64,000 nt of DNA, taken from NCBI RefSeq assembly GCF_000143415.4, contig NW_003314273.1:2352097-2416096 (forward strand), written 5' to 3'. Below are positions 25,580 through 37,490 of this stretch, piece after piece; positions within the stretch are counted from its first letter, which is position 1; the number at the start of each line of letters is the position of its first letter. The notes under the pieces were generated by a model. It was not told the origin of the DNA. It did no database searches and worked only from the letters and a program-made list of their open reading frames with translations. The stretch comes from Selaginella moellendorffii. Its lineage: Eukaryota; Plantae; Lycopodiophyta. Made by a program: the position numbers and the translations under genes.

Positions 25580-26521
25580 CTACTCATTGCTGTCCTGCCA
25601 CGACTCAAGGGCCGCAAAGAACCTCTGCCAACCGAAGTAGACCCCCTCGATGATAAGAGCAGTCGGGTCCCTGGGATCGTCGTCGTCCTCGCGAGCACTC
25701 TCGAAGCACTTGAGGTAGACATCCCGGTTCACAAAGTCGTGGTGGCGGCCAGCGCCACCAGCAGCAGCAGCGAACAAGACGTTGGGGAACACAGCCACGC
25801 TGCGAAGCAAGTAGGCCAGCATCATCCTCCCGCATCGCCCATTCCCATCCACAAACGGATGGACGCACTCAAACTTGTAGAAGAATTCTGAGGCCAGCAC
25901 CAGGAGCTGCTCCACCGTCTTGCAGCTGATTGTCGTCCTCTCCTCCTTGAAGAGCCGCTGCAGATCCGCGTTGGTCTTGCTCACCAACTTGGACAGCTTC
26001 GGCCGGATTGCCCAGGCATCCGCGTAGAAGTGCTGCCTTCCGCTGCTCGTGATCGTCATTGCAACCTCGCTGCCAGACCGAAACAAGCCCGCGATGTCCG
26101 GCCTGCCCGACTCCATAAGCAGCTCGTGTGACTGCCTGAGATTGTAGTTGTTGACGCTGGGAGCCTCCTCCTGATCCTGGAGCCACCATGTCTTGTTGAA
26201 TGCTCGGGACAGGCAGCGGACTTGTTCCAATCTCTCGTCCGGAGCCACCACTTTGTCGTCCAAGTCCACTTGGAGCTGCTCCAGGGCGTGGAGTGTTTCA
26301 TCCCGGGTATCAAAGCCTTCCAGCTCCAGCTTGTTCACCTGGAACAGGAAGTCGGCCATGGCGTCGCGCTGCGCGTACACGTCCAGCGCCCATGCTTTGG
26401 CATCGCCGTCCAGCGCCAGGAACCTCTTCACGTACCCACAAATGGCGTCCACCATGCTGCTCGTCGCCGGGGCTCCGTCGCCATCGCACCTCCAAAAGGG
26501 CCTCTCCGCGTATCGCCCCAT
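25580..26521 (-). CDS. Fic (Fido) domain protein, intronless, 313 aa
   Basis: Canonical Fic catalytic loop FECVHPFVDGNGRCGRMML. GC-rich codon usage and an uninterrupted ORF. Confidence 0.92.
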   Translation of the reverse strand: MGRYAERPFWRCDGDGAPATSSMVDAICGYVKRFLALDGDAKAWALDVYAQRDAMADFLFQVNKLELEGFDTRDETLHALEQLQVDLDDKVVAPDERLEQVRCLSRAFNKTWWLQDQEEAPSVNNYNLRQSHELLMESGRPDIAGLFRSGSEVAMTITSSGRQHFYADAWAIRPKLSKLVSKTNADLQRLFKEERTTISCKTVEQLLVLASEFFYKFECVHPFVDGNGRCGRMMLAYLLRSVAVFPNVLFAAAAGGAGRHHDFVNRDVYLKCFESAREDDDDPRDPTALIIEGVYFGWQRFFAALESWQDSNE

Positions 26522-26823
26522 CTGTAAGCCCTAACCAACAAGGGCTCCATTTTATACCCTTTTCATTTTAAAGTTTACAAAAGGTGGCTATGTATAAAGC
26601 TTTCTCAAATTTGTGTAAACCTATATTCCGAGAATATTCCAAGGCCCCTCAAGATATACAATATGAGAGCCTAAACAATGTGTAACCATTTTCATGCATG
26701 GATATTTGTAGTACTTGGTACCTGAGAACCGAACATGCTATCCAGCTGGCCTGTTGAAATCCCACAAACTCACTTTCACAGCACAGGAAACTGTTTGTCC
26801 ATACCCCAAGTGTCACTTTAATC

Positions 26824-28428
26824 ATGCCGGTTGCAGCTCGAGCCCGCTTCTTCCCCTTGTTTTGCGGCGCAGAAGCACGAAATCAGCTTGAAATACAAAG
26901 ATGTCACACCCTGTCCAAAGATCACATCGCCAAGGTGAGAATCTCAACACTCTTAGAATCCTCAAAGTCTCACCTCCCGCGAGAATTCCAGGCCAAAACA
27001 GCCATGGACAAGTTCCTCCAAAGCGTCGAGTCGAATCCCCACAGACGAGACGCAGCCGAGCCTTGCTACTCGCTGCACGAGCCAGGAGACCTCGTCTATG
27101 GAACCGCTCTCGTCTTTCACGGATTCGGGCAATCTCCACAGCAGTGCCAGTTGCTCGCGGACTACCTGTTTGACAATGGCTTCAATGTCTACCAGCCTTG
27201 CCTTGCTCGCCACTATCTCGGAAATCCGACTCTAAACTGGCCGCAGGTGACACATCTTAAAGTTCGCTCTTTACTTTCATCTCCACCCAGGTCGATCTCA
27301 AGCCGGAACTGAAAGAGAAGATCCGGCAAAACTTCCTCAAGGATCCGGTCCTGGCCAAGGAGCTATATATCTCTGTAAGCCTTCTGCTATAACGTTTTCA
27401 TCCTGCTGACAGTTTGCTGGCCTGTGTTCTTCGTGATTGTCCTCCCAGGCGGAAGACACCATGCAGCGAGTTCGCTCGCTTTCCCCCGAAATGTCTGATA
27501 TGATCGCTGCCCTCGACCAAGGTGACTGTAGCCAGGATTTCCAGAGGTCTGTGAGCGCGGCTCTTCACCTCCAAAATGAACTAACCACTTGGCTGCCAGG
27601 TTTTTCGAGTCGAGCCACTTGGACTACTTCACGGAAGCCGAGCAGCGACTAGAAGAAGTGCGTGCTCTGCCAGGCCCGATCTTCGCGATAGGCATCTCGA
27701 TGGGAGGAGCCACTGCGTTGCATCTCGCCAACACTTATCCAGACACAATCTCGAAAGTCGTAGCGTACGCCCCGCTCCTCAAGGTAGGAGGATACTTAGG
27801 CTTCGAAACAAAAGAAGAAAGAACAAACTTACTAATGATCGATCGATTTTCTGGCCAGACAATGGATGATGCGAGGAGAGAATTTGCTCTGGCGATCGGC
27901 CCGCTGGACGTGAAAGAAACCGGATGGGAGCCGTCGCTCCAGTTCACAGTGGGATGCCTTGTGGCAATCGACCTGTGTGGGACTCGCGTCAGCCAATCCA
28001 ACATAGATAACCTCGCAAAGAAAGTCGCTACCTTGCTACTCTTCACCGCAAACGAAGACTCGGCCGACCTTCCAACGCAGGAGAAATTCGCGCAAAGACT
28101 AAAATCCATCTCCTCCGGTAGGATGCTTTGATCTTCAACACTGCGGAAAAATTCTCCCGTTGCTACTGTCCCAGATGGAGTGCCACACCTGCATTACACA
28201 TATCGCCGCGAGCTGGAAGTCCCGCACGCGATGATCCACCCAAACGAGGTAGGAAATCGAGAAATTCTCGAGAGATTTCTAACCTCTCGCTTGGCGCAGA
28301 GGCCGATCGCGAACAAGCTGTGGAGAAGAATGTACCAGGAGACATTTCGATTCCTGACCACCGGGAAGGCGCGCCAGGACGAGCTCGATTCGCTGCGCCA
28401 AGACGAAACCCTACCCCAAGTACCATAA
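26824..28428 (+). CDS. Alpha/beta-hydrolase (carboxylesterase-like), multi-exon
   Basis: Oxyanion motif LVFHGFGQS, nucleophile GISMGG, NEDSAD acid region and VPHAM His. In-frame short introns, e.g. 26935-26991 and 27247-27290. Confidence 0.85.
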
Positions 28429-28732
28429 ACCCTAAAACCCCAAATTCTCGGGAGCAAACTTTTATCTCCTCGTGAGAGCGAACAAACTAAACGCTAGAAC
28501 TTTGGATCAAACCTGAGAGATCTATTCCTATCCTAGATGGAAGTTTTTCGTTGTGATCTTCTTCTCAAGCTCCTGTGACTCTCGAAAGAACTTACAACTC
28601 TCTGGAACTTGACGCTCGCTCTACCTGCAAGGAAGAAAGAACGTCGATCAAAAACACGAGAAAAGAGAGAGGACCACCATCACCACTCGCCTGGAAGAAC
28701 TTGGAACTTGGCATGGATGGTGTGGAGTCGCT

Positions 28733-29488
28733 TCACTGCTCGCCATCCGAGGCCGTGGATTGCTGGCCTTGAGCCTGCGATTGCTGGGCTTGGGCCTGTT
28801 GATCCGGCTGCCACTGCTGCTGCTGCTGCTGCTGCGGCGACGCCATGTACTGCATTGGCGGCCGCTGCTGCTGCGCGTAGAGCGCTGGATCCATTGGAAT
28901 GGCCGGCCTTCCAATCACCCCCGGAGGAGTCTGCCCAGGAATCATGTAGTACTGCATGTCCGGAGCTCCGATCGGCAGCGCTGATCGCGAGACACCCAGC
29001 GCCTCGTCCTTGACATCCTCGCGCGGCACGATGTCCACCAGGAAATCGAAGATGTCCGTGCGAGTGACCGCCGCCGCGATGTCGTTCTTCTGGAGCGTCC
29101 GCCGCTTGTTCTCCTCGGTGTGCATCCACGCGCGCAGCGTCAGCTCCAGGATGAACATCTCGCACGCCTTGGCGAAGAGCACGGGCGCCTCGCCCGAGAT
29201 CATCCTCACGTCCTCGTCCGCCTTCATGATCTTCTTGATGCGCGCCAGGGGCAGGCTGTGCGTCTTGAAATCCATCACCTCCTGGACCTCTTGCATCTGC
29301 CCCATCCAAAACTCTTGCATCTGCCGCTGCTGCTGCTGCTGCAAATGCTGGTAGCTCATCCCCGGCGCTGGGAATCCCCCCGCTGGCTGCCCCGCCGCGA
29401 TCTGACCTAGCGCCATGCCCGGAGGAGCCCCAGCGGCCGCCATTCCCTGCCCGGCGTACTGCGATTCGTTCTGCGAGCTCTGATCCAT
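28733..29488 (-). CDS. NF-YC: Nuclear transcription factor Y subunit C (HAP5/CBF-C)
   Basis: [46 protein letters not shown]...[12 protein letters not shown] histone fold, with Gln-rich flanks. Confidence 0.97.
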   Translation of the reverse strand: MDQSSQNESQYAGQGMAAAGAPPGMALGQIAAGQPAGGFPAPGMSYQHLQQQQQRQMQEFWMGQMQEVQEVMDFKTHSLPLARIKKIMKADEDVRMISGEAPVLFAKACEMFILELTLRAWMHTEENKRRTLQKNDIAAAVTRTDIFDFLVDIVPREDVKDEALGVSRSALPIGAPDMQYYMIPGQTPPGVIGRPAIPMDPALYAQQQRPPMQYMASPQQQQQQQWQPDQQAQAQQSQAQGQQSTASDGEQ

Positions 29489-29678
29489 GCTCACCCCTGC
29501 CACGGCCAGGAGGAAGGATCTCAGCTAGAGCGCCGCGCGGCGGCGAGGGATTTTCCGGGAGGAAAGATTGGAAATATCGGCCTACCTGGTGGATCGCGCT
29601 CGCGTCTCCCGGCCTGTGCGCCTTAGGGCTCGCGCTTCGTTGCAGGCCGTAAGATCCCACTAGTCCGTTGCCCTTCAC

Positions 29679-29709
29679 TGACGGCCGTCAATCGGGGGCT
29701 TGGCACGTG
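29679..29709. promoter_or_regulatory. Palindromic double TGACG site and G-box upstream of NF-YC
   Basis: TGACGGCCGTCA at 29679-29690 and CACGTG at 29704-29709, about 200 bp upstream of the ATG. Confidence 0.4.
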
Positions 29710-30694
29710 GTGCTCCATCACACCGTCTAATTTAAAACTTCTAGGGGGTAGGGTTTAATATTTGAAAAGTTGTAACTAAATTAAAGTGGTATAACAATTT
29801 TATTTTTTATAGTGTAATATTTTTAATATTTAATATTTTTAACCTTGATCCTTATTTTTATAAATTGGTTAAAAAATCCCAAATTTGTGTAGCTTATAAA
29901 ATATTTATTTTTACTAAATAGATTTCAATTGTTGCTTGCCTCACTCATAAATTAATTTTAAGTATATAATTTTTAAAAACTTTAGATATATGCGAATAGA
30001 AATATCTAGAATACTCTACTGAAAGTTGTTGAAGAATTTTTTGATATAAAAATCTTAATTCACTATAAAGAGGAAAATAAAAATAAATTGTTAATATTTA
30101 TTTTAAAATTAATGTTTGAGTTCAAGTTCAAAGGAAATCAAGAATAATCTTCATTATAATGTTATTAATGTCAAATTTAGAAATAAATAATTTATCATAA
30201 ATAAAATAAGAATATTATATTAAATAGGATTAAATTCTATTTTATATCCTAAAGGCAAAAACATTAATCTCACACTTCTATAATTTATTTTATGTATGTT
30301 ATTGATGTTATTTTAGATTATACACTTTTAACTGTGAAAACAAAACTTACAAAAATCAGATTTCTTTTTTTATCCCACTCTATGGTTCTGTTTGATTTAT
30401 ACAAGTTACCCACCGCTTTCTTCATTGAGCTGTCTTCGTTGGTATGAAAAAAAAACCTTCCCAACGTCAAAGGAAAGCACTGGCAAAAAACCATCCAGCC
30501 GATACACTCTGCCTGTTAGCAATTTGTCTGTCATGTGATCTATAATACAGCACCAGTCGTGTCTTGTCTTTCTGCCGCTGCACCACCAAAATTATTCCAA
30601 AACCGAAATACTCCCGAGAAAAATGTACACCTTGCACCAAAAAAACACTCCCTCCCACCTCAGCTTCTCGCTTGCCTGCCTCGTCGTGTTGATT

Positions 30695-33600
30695 TCAATC
30701 CTTCTCAACGTCCGAAGAACTCTGGCCACCGTTGTCATTCTCGTCGTCTTTGCTGGAGCAGCTGCTGCTGCTAGAGGTTTCAAAATGGCAGAGGCCATTT
30801 CGTTCTTTTCCCGGACGAGTTCTGACGTTAGACCCAACGGGGAATGGCTCCTGCCAAGATCCAAAAAAGAAAGTTAGAATGTACAAAAGTCTCCGCAGTA
30901 TTGCTTACAGGATCGCCCAGGTTGGGACCTTCCGAACGAAACAGAATTGGACGGCATCTCTTGTCTTCGTTCATGAGGCTTGAGTTTTGGAAATGTGCGA
31001 CGAGGGCAACCTTGCCTTGTATTCGAGCGTAAGCCAGAGAAGCAACCTTCTCGCTGTTGAATTTCTCCCACTTCTTTCCATTGAAGGTCTGTAAGATCGA
31101 GAATGAGAATGCGCACGAAGAAAACAACGGTGTCAAACCTTGAAGAAAGGGACGATATGCACAGGTGCAATCATGTTGATGAAAGCATACCCCACGTTAC
31201 ACTTATTCTGAAAGGAGAACCAACAATCAGCAAGAATGTAAGGATTTCTCGTTATACGATTACCTTAAAATCAATAGGTAAGTAGATGAAATCATAGGTA
31301 CCGCGATGATGTTCGTCAATTGTTGACAACAGCATCTTCGACGTGTACCTAGACACTCAGTAGCAGATCAGAAAAGTTCAACCTCGTAAAAATGAAAGAG
31401 AACTTACTTGTTTGGTATGTTTTTTATCATCAGTGTTGTCCGTAAGTCTTCCCCGCGAAGAATACGCTCCAAGTCAAGCTGATACTTTTTGTTCTCTGCC
31501 AGAGTCAAAGTGCTGTCGGTTCTTCGGCTTCTACAACGGTCGCTAAAAGTTTCCAAAGTCGCACCATTTGGAAAGGAACGGGGCCTAAGTTGTGGTGACA
31601 TAACACCCAACCTGGGAGAATCCACCAATCCTTTCGATGTAGCAATAGCAGCCAGGTTCAAACCGCCGTGAGTGAGGCCAGCCCCCTTAGAACCATTCAT
31701 TCTCAGGCCGCCGAGAGATCCTGGCCATCCTAACGCTGATCTCTCGGCCAAGTCAGAGTAGTACCTATTCTGGCCATCCATCAGACTCTGCTCGGTAAAT
31801 GTTGCTGAATAATCTGCAGCTCGGCTATGCCCGTCCGTATGGTACATGGCATTCGCGGAGTATAGCGAGCCCGAACTGTTCCATGACAAGTCCTCGTTTC
31901 TCGAAGCAGGAACTCCAAAAGCTGGAGAGAAATAAAAATGGCATGATCAGTCCACGATGACTGTTTGATTGCTGAAAACTTACCTCTGGATGATTGCTCG
32001 AGAGACGGCACGTCACACAAGCTCGAGACTGCCCTCTGAAGGGTACCAGCATCTAGCTCGTCATAATTTCCAAAGCCGGGTGGAACCCGTGTTGGACTGT
32101 CGAGGTCAGGAATCTGTAACGATGGAAATTGCTGACGGATTCGAAGGCCAACAGACCGCTCCGGTTGTATGAAAGAATCAGGATTTGCGGACATGCCGTT
32201 TCGTAGCGGAGAGGACACACGTGCAGGCAACGAACCAGCATTTACGTTTAGAGGCTTGATACCCAAGGAACCAAAAGTGCCTCGCTCGTTCAACTTATTC
32301 ATAGGAGTACTCCACTGCGGTGAATGCCCTGGAGTGCAATCAGTTAGATAAAATAAATAGAACGTCGTGCATAAAACAAACCTGCAGGCGAAGCACCCAA
32401 TGATGCCTGAAGTTGCTGACACCGAAACTCTTCCTGCTCCAGCTCTTGAGTGAGCTGTTGCATTAGGCTGAAAAATAAATCTCAAAAATCGATTCCAATG
32501 CTTGCAGTAGCCGACCGCATTACCTTCTTCGAGCACCACCGGGACGACTGGGTTCCAGCTTTATACGCTTTCCTGCGATGTCGCTTCTGTTCAAGGCTCT
32601 CAAGGCAGCTTCAGCTGCCCTGACATCGTAAAACTCTATAAACTTGTGGTGCTTCTTGTGTGGGGTCTCACGTATCTGACGTAGTATCATCCACATGTGA
32701 GAAGGCTGTCTAGTACAAGAGCTTGTACTCACCTCTTTGATCTCACCATAAACACCAAAAATATGCCGAAGGTCGTCGTTGGTCACTGAGGCGTCGAGAT
32801 TAAATACCACTAAAGTGCCCTGGTTAACATCCTTATCTGAGGGGTTATCCTGCAAGAGACCGTGTTAGTTCCATGCCGTATATTGCTACACAATACCTTC
32901 GGAATGGAAAAGTGAATATCTAACTTTCGACGCCTGAGCGGTTTGTTCTGGAGGGCGCGCATTGCAGTACGGGCTGCTCGGATGTCGTAGTAGGAAATCA
33001 TCACGAATCCCCGATGCTTACAGGCGGTATACAAAGTGCGAATGGCACCATATTGCTGGTGAAAAGGGAGAGGACACAAAATGAGCAAAGAAAAGGTAAA
33101 ACAAGATTTCGTTACCTCAAAAAGTGCTCGCAGCTCCGCATCTTCAACGTTACTGTTTATGTTCCTCACAAAAAGCGTTCGCGAAGGATGCTCGCCGTAG
33201 GGGTGTTCCCCGGCCAACACTGCGGCTGTGTTGCCACCAATCTGATAGTTGTTCAAGTAAGGATCACCCTCCAGCTCCAGTCCACCCCCGCTGTTGAAAA
33301 TGTCGTAGTCATCCTCGTTACTGTTCCGCTCGTAAGCATAGCCCACCTCGGCTAAAAGATCCTCCTCGGCATCAGGAAGAAGTCTGCCTAAAGCGTGTGA
33401 CTCGAGCTCTTGCATCGATCCGAAAAGCTCGTCAGTTTCAGTCTCGGCATCCGGATCAGAGACTACCGTCGGTTCCGACAGTTTGACTGCATGCATAGCA
33501 AAAAAAAAAAGAGAGAGAAGATCAGAGTAAGAAAAAAAGATGATTTTAGTAGTAGTAACTTACGTCTTTGCTGGAGCATATTTGGTAGAGAGTGGGCGAG

Positions 33601-33819
33601 CCCATTTATCGGAGAAACCGCGGGGAATGGGTTTCTTCCTCTCCCATTTTCTAACCAACCATTGGCGTTGTTGGCGACACCGTCGTGATTTCTAGCTAGA
33701 TTGTGAAGCCCATTTGCCCAGTCCGGCTCGGCAAGCGACCACCCGTGCTGGGAGAAGGCCTCGAATTTTCGAGCGCCAGCGGGGAAGAGCTGGCCGACGC
33801 TGCGAGTTTCCATCTCCAT
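30695..33819 (-). CDS. MEI2-like (AML class) RNA-binding protein, copy 1
   Basis: GEHPYGEHPSRTLFVRNINSNVED (RRM1), NQGTLVVFNLD (RRM2), RTTLMIKNIPNK...WEKFNSEKVASLAYARIQGK (RRM3). Many short introns. Confidence 0.95.
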
Positions 33820-35637
33820 CGCAGAAAGCTCCTGCATTCACAGATTTTTCTCACAGCGTCAGGCACCAAGAATCCACGCCATGGCGGGCAAACCTGGCGA
33901 GGGAGCGAAATTACGCCGCGAGAGGGACTACGCTCGCCCTAGCACGAGAGCGCGCGATCAATTGAGCGCGAGAGAAGAGCTCCGGGGAGACGACAAGGAG
34001 GAGAGTGTGAATGAGGGAGCGCGATCATGACGAGGAGCCTAAAGCAGGGGAAGAGAGGGAATCGAGTAGATCCAAGCGAAATATCCAGCGGGAGCTTGAT
34101 CTTGGGGCGGGAATCCATGATTTGGAGCTCCTGGAGCTCACAGCAGCGGGATCACCAAGCCAGAGGAATCCCATGCGTAGCTTACATGATGCAGATCGCC
34201 ACAATCCAGAGCTCGAAGCGGCGCCTATTCGATGCGTCCTCCACTGCCGCGATCGATCGTTGCTCCATAGCTCTCTCTTCTCTCTCTCTCTTCTCTCCCT
34301 CGCGCTCTCTCTTTCCCTCTTCGTACAAAAACCACGCAAAAACAAAGAAAGAAAAGGGAAAGAACGCACCAACACGCATACACACCCTCTCTCTAGCCCG
34401 CGGGCAGCCACGGGCAGCGCGGGCACGCCTGCCCGTTTCGCCCTTGCCGGCCGGCGCAAGATAAGTTTTCACGAGCAGCTTCCCGGCAGCATTTCCGTTG
34501 ACCTGACGCGGCACGATCGCCGCCGTTGTGGCCTGAGATGGACGGGCAGGATCTGGCGGGCCAGGAGCTCGTTTGTCGTTACTCGCGTTGGTCCCAATGG
34601 CCATGTGGCCCAATGGGGCCCTTGCGTGTTGTCCTATTGGCTCAATCTTATCGCTACGGATTCTAATTGCTTTTTCTTTGATTGATCGAGAGGAGATGGT
34701 AGGGTTAGCTAACACCACCTTTGCTTTGTTTCTATCTCCCGCCCCGGAACAAAAGATATTAGGGCATGGAGAGGACGTGGCCTGTGGCTCTTTCACGCTG
34801 AGTGTGATTGTCTGCGTAGATCGCTCGCACAGGAAAAACATTGCAAGTGGTCCCTGGAGAAATAAATGACCCAATGGTTTTTTGTACATATAGTCAAGGA
34901 ATTCACTTGGAGATCCAGGCACCAACTTTGGCAAAATGTGACCCCGCCAACCATAGATTGCGGAATGAGATCTTCTAATTCAATGAAAATTGGCTGTCCA
35001 TGTGTGCCACGCTTGCAAGAAACACTTAAATTGGCAGTGCAAAAACTATATTAAATCAAAGAATGTTTAAGTTAAACCCATTTTTCGAAAATAAAGCTGG
35101 CAGGGTGAAAATTACGTACCACTGGCGCCACTTTTTCGAAGCATTCAAATTTCGAAGCTTCCTTCTTCCCAGGGCAAAGAAAAAGCGAGGGAATCCAATC
35201 CATACACACGTCACGGGTTCGAATTCTCCTAATTTATTTGAATTTTTTTTTTCCCGGCCAATAGTTTTTTTGTGGATTGGTAGGCTTAATGATGTGCACT
35301 GCCGCGGCTGCTGGCGCAACCTTTTTCTCCTCCAATCAATCATTTGGTCACACAAAAGTTGGGGCATATGCTCTGTACTATGACCAAAAGATTCCACCCA
35401 ATTCCTTGGTTTCGAGATGAGAACCTTTGAGCGAAAGTTATAAAACGTTACAACGGAGTATAATTCCATAAGAGAAAAATTTTAGTGTAGCAGCCAAGCA
35501 GCAGACATCGAGAAGGCATTCCTTTCGCGGCCCAAAAAATTGATATCTGCCTGGAAAAACCGAAAAGTAGCGATGGACGAAGCGGAAATGGAAGCTCGTA
35601 GCGATGGACGAAGATGGAGATGAAAGCTTCCATCTTC

Positions 35638-37042
35638 TCAAAGGAGGTTCCGCAAGAGCCTCGCGAAGACCCTCCACGATGGCCACAGCCAGTCGATGGC
35701 GTCCTCGTACTTGGTATACAACCACAGCGCCAAGCGAGCCAACGCTTCCCTGAGATCGCGAAGAGCTTGAGTTTTCACGTACTGGATCGCCCAAACTCTG
35801 GAGCTCGACGCAAACTTCTTGGCGTTGGAGATGCCTGTTCTCAACTCCTGTTGGAGCCTTCCCGTTCTCACGTCGGACAAGAGTTGGAGTCCTCGCTGAT
35901 TTAGTGCCTGGACCCTCGCTGCTCCATACTTTTGGTACAAGCTTCCAGCGTAAATCCCTGCCTGGATATAAAAGCTCATGGCCAGAGGGCCCAGCGTCCA
36001 TACTCGCCACAGATCATCCGAGACTGCTTTTCCAAACCGGACAGTCACAGCCGCGTAGAAAATGCCACTGAAAAGAAAGACGAAAAACTTTAGCATATAG
36101 AACATAGAATTTTTCTACTTACAATACGATCACCGGCCATTTTATCGCGGGATGGATGCTCGACCAAAGTGTCGACGGTTGGGGAGGTTTTAGCGTCTGC
36201 AGCTTTTGCTTCAACACCTGTTTCGCGTCGGCGCTCTTTCTTCTAACTTCCGTGATTGCCAGGAGCTCCCTCGCGACCTGGAGAGATCCGCGATCTTTTA
36301 AGTTTTGCCTCCAGTGCTGCAGCGAGCCTTGTAACTGCTGCCACAATCTTTCTCTTTGTTGCCAGTCCAGCGTAGGCGTCGAGGAGGATGATGTCGGTGA
36401 GTCGTTGCCGTCGGACTCGTTCTCGGCAACGTCTTGGAATGATACAGCACGAAAAGTTCGTTTCCTGTTCGTTGCTTTTGGAAACAGCATAAGATATCCG
36501 TGTGGATCAAGTGGTGAGGATCTAGAAAAAAAAAGAAAGCAAGATAGGAGAGACTTGACATACTTGCAAAGAAAGAAAGAAAGAAATACTGAAAACTTCG
36601 CTACCTCAACACAATCTTTGAAAAACTGTGCGTCCAGGACGATTGTAGATTCGTGTTCTCGACGTAGCTACACGTACAGAGGGATTTTTCTTTCACCGAG
36701 CGTACAAAGCTTGGGTGAGAAACACAAGCTACGTGAAGACCCTGCAATGAAAGGAAAGTTATTAAAAACGTAAGCCGCGATTTGTTTAACACGAACACCA
36801 AGAGCACTGCTCTCTAGAAACTTACTCCAACGTTAAGTGCTGTCATCTTCAAGCTACGCGGCGAGCGAGTGGAAAAAACAATAGAATTCCCGGGGAATCC
36901 TTTCGTTTGGATTCACAATCCACTTCTCGCGAGGAATCTGTAAGCGCGGATTAAAACTCACGGCACTGGAGCACGAATTAGGGCCGTGGGAAGGAACACA
37001 GGCAATCCACATTGGATGGAGCTTATGGCTCCCGAAAGGCAT
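35638..37042 (-). CDS. EMB2759-like protein (5' exons uncertain)
   Basis: AIKWPVIV...FGKAVSDDLWRVWTLGPLAMSFYI...LWLYTKYEDAIDWLWPSWRVFARLLR resembles the C-terminal pattern I recall for Arabidopsis EMB2759. Confidence 0.6.
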
Positions 37043-37490
37043 CAACCGCAGCGAAACCTAGCAAGCAATCCAATGCCAGGCGCGGGCGCGCTGGATTCTT
37101 ACCGGGCAAGGCGCTCTCCACAATCGCCCACTCCCCCCCGCTCGCGCTAAAGCCCTGAATCTCTTTGGCGAGGAAAGGAAATCTCCATCGTTAAAAATCT
37201 CTTTTTATCCCTTTGGCCTTAACTAGCTGAACGGGGCCCCACTTTCACGCTTGGAACTTGTTATGTTAGCCAAGCTCTAATTTAACTCTCAAAACCATAG
37301 TTTGATGGCCTCTCTCTGTACAAAAATCGATGCTTCTTCTTCTTTTCACCGGAACGAAGAAACCATCGATCAATCCAAACAAAATACACCGCCTGCTAGA
37401 AAGATCCTTACGGACTTCCCACAGCTCTCTTGCCGCAGCTAGAAAAAAAGAAGGAACTCGTACAAAAGCTCACACCTCTCTCCATCTCGA

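Noticed and set aside
25580-26521. Bacterial contamination as the source of the Fic gene
   Set aside because: No assembly gap nearby, no operon context, and the neighbouring gene has spliceosomal introns. Long reads are still needed for proof.
28680-29678. 332-aa alternative-frame ORF over NF-YC
   Set aside because: Low-complexity Ala/Gly/Arg translation of GC-rich sequence; the NF-YC frame explains the region.
29730-30350. Very AT-rich island, possible MITE or Helitron
   Set aside because: No terminal repeats, TSD or Helitron hairpin could be supported by eye.
34011-34934. Several 140-250 aa ORFs upstream of MEI2 copy 1
   Set aside because: They span GA/CT microsatellite-rich leader and promoter sequence, and the peptides are not conserved in copy 2.
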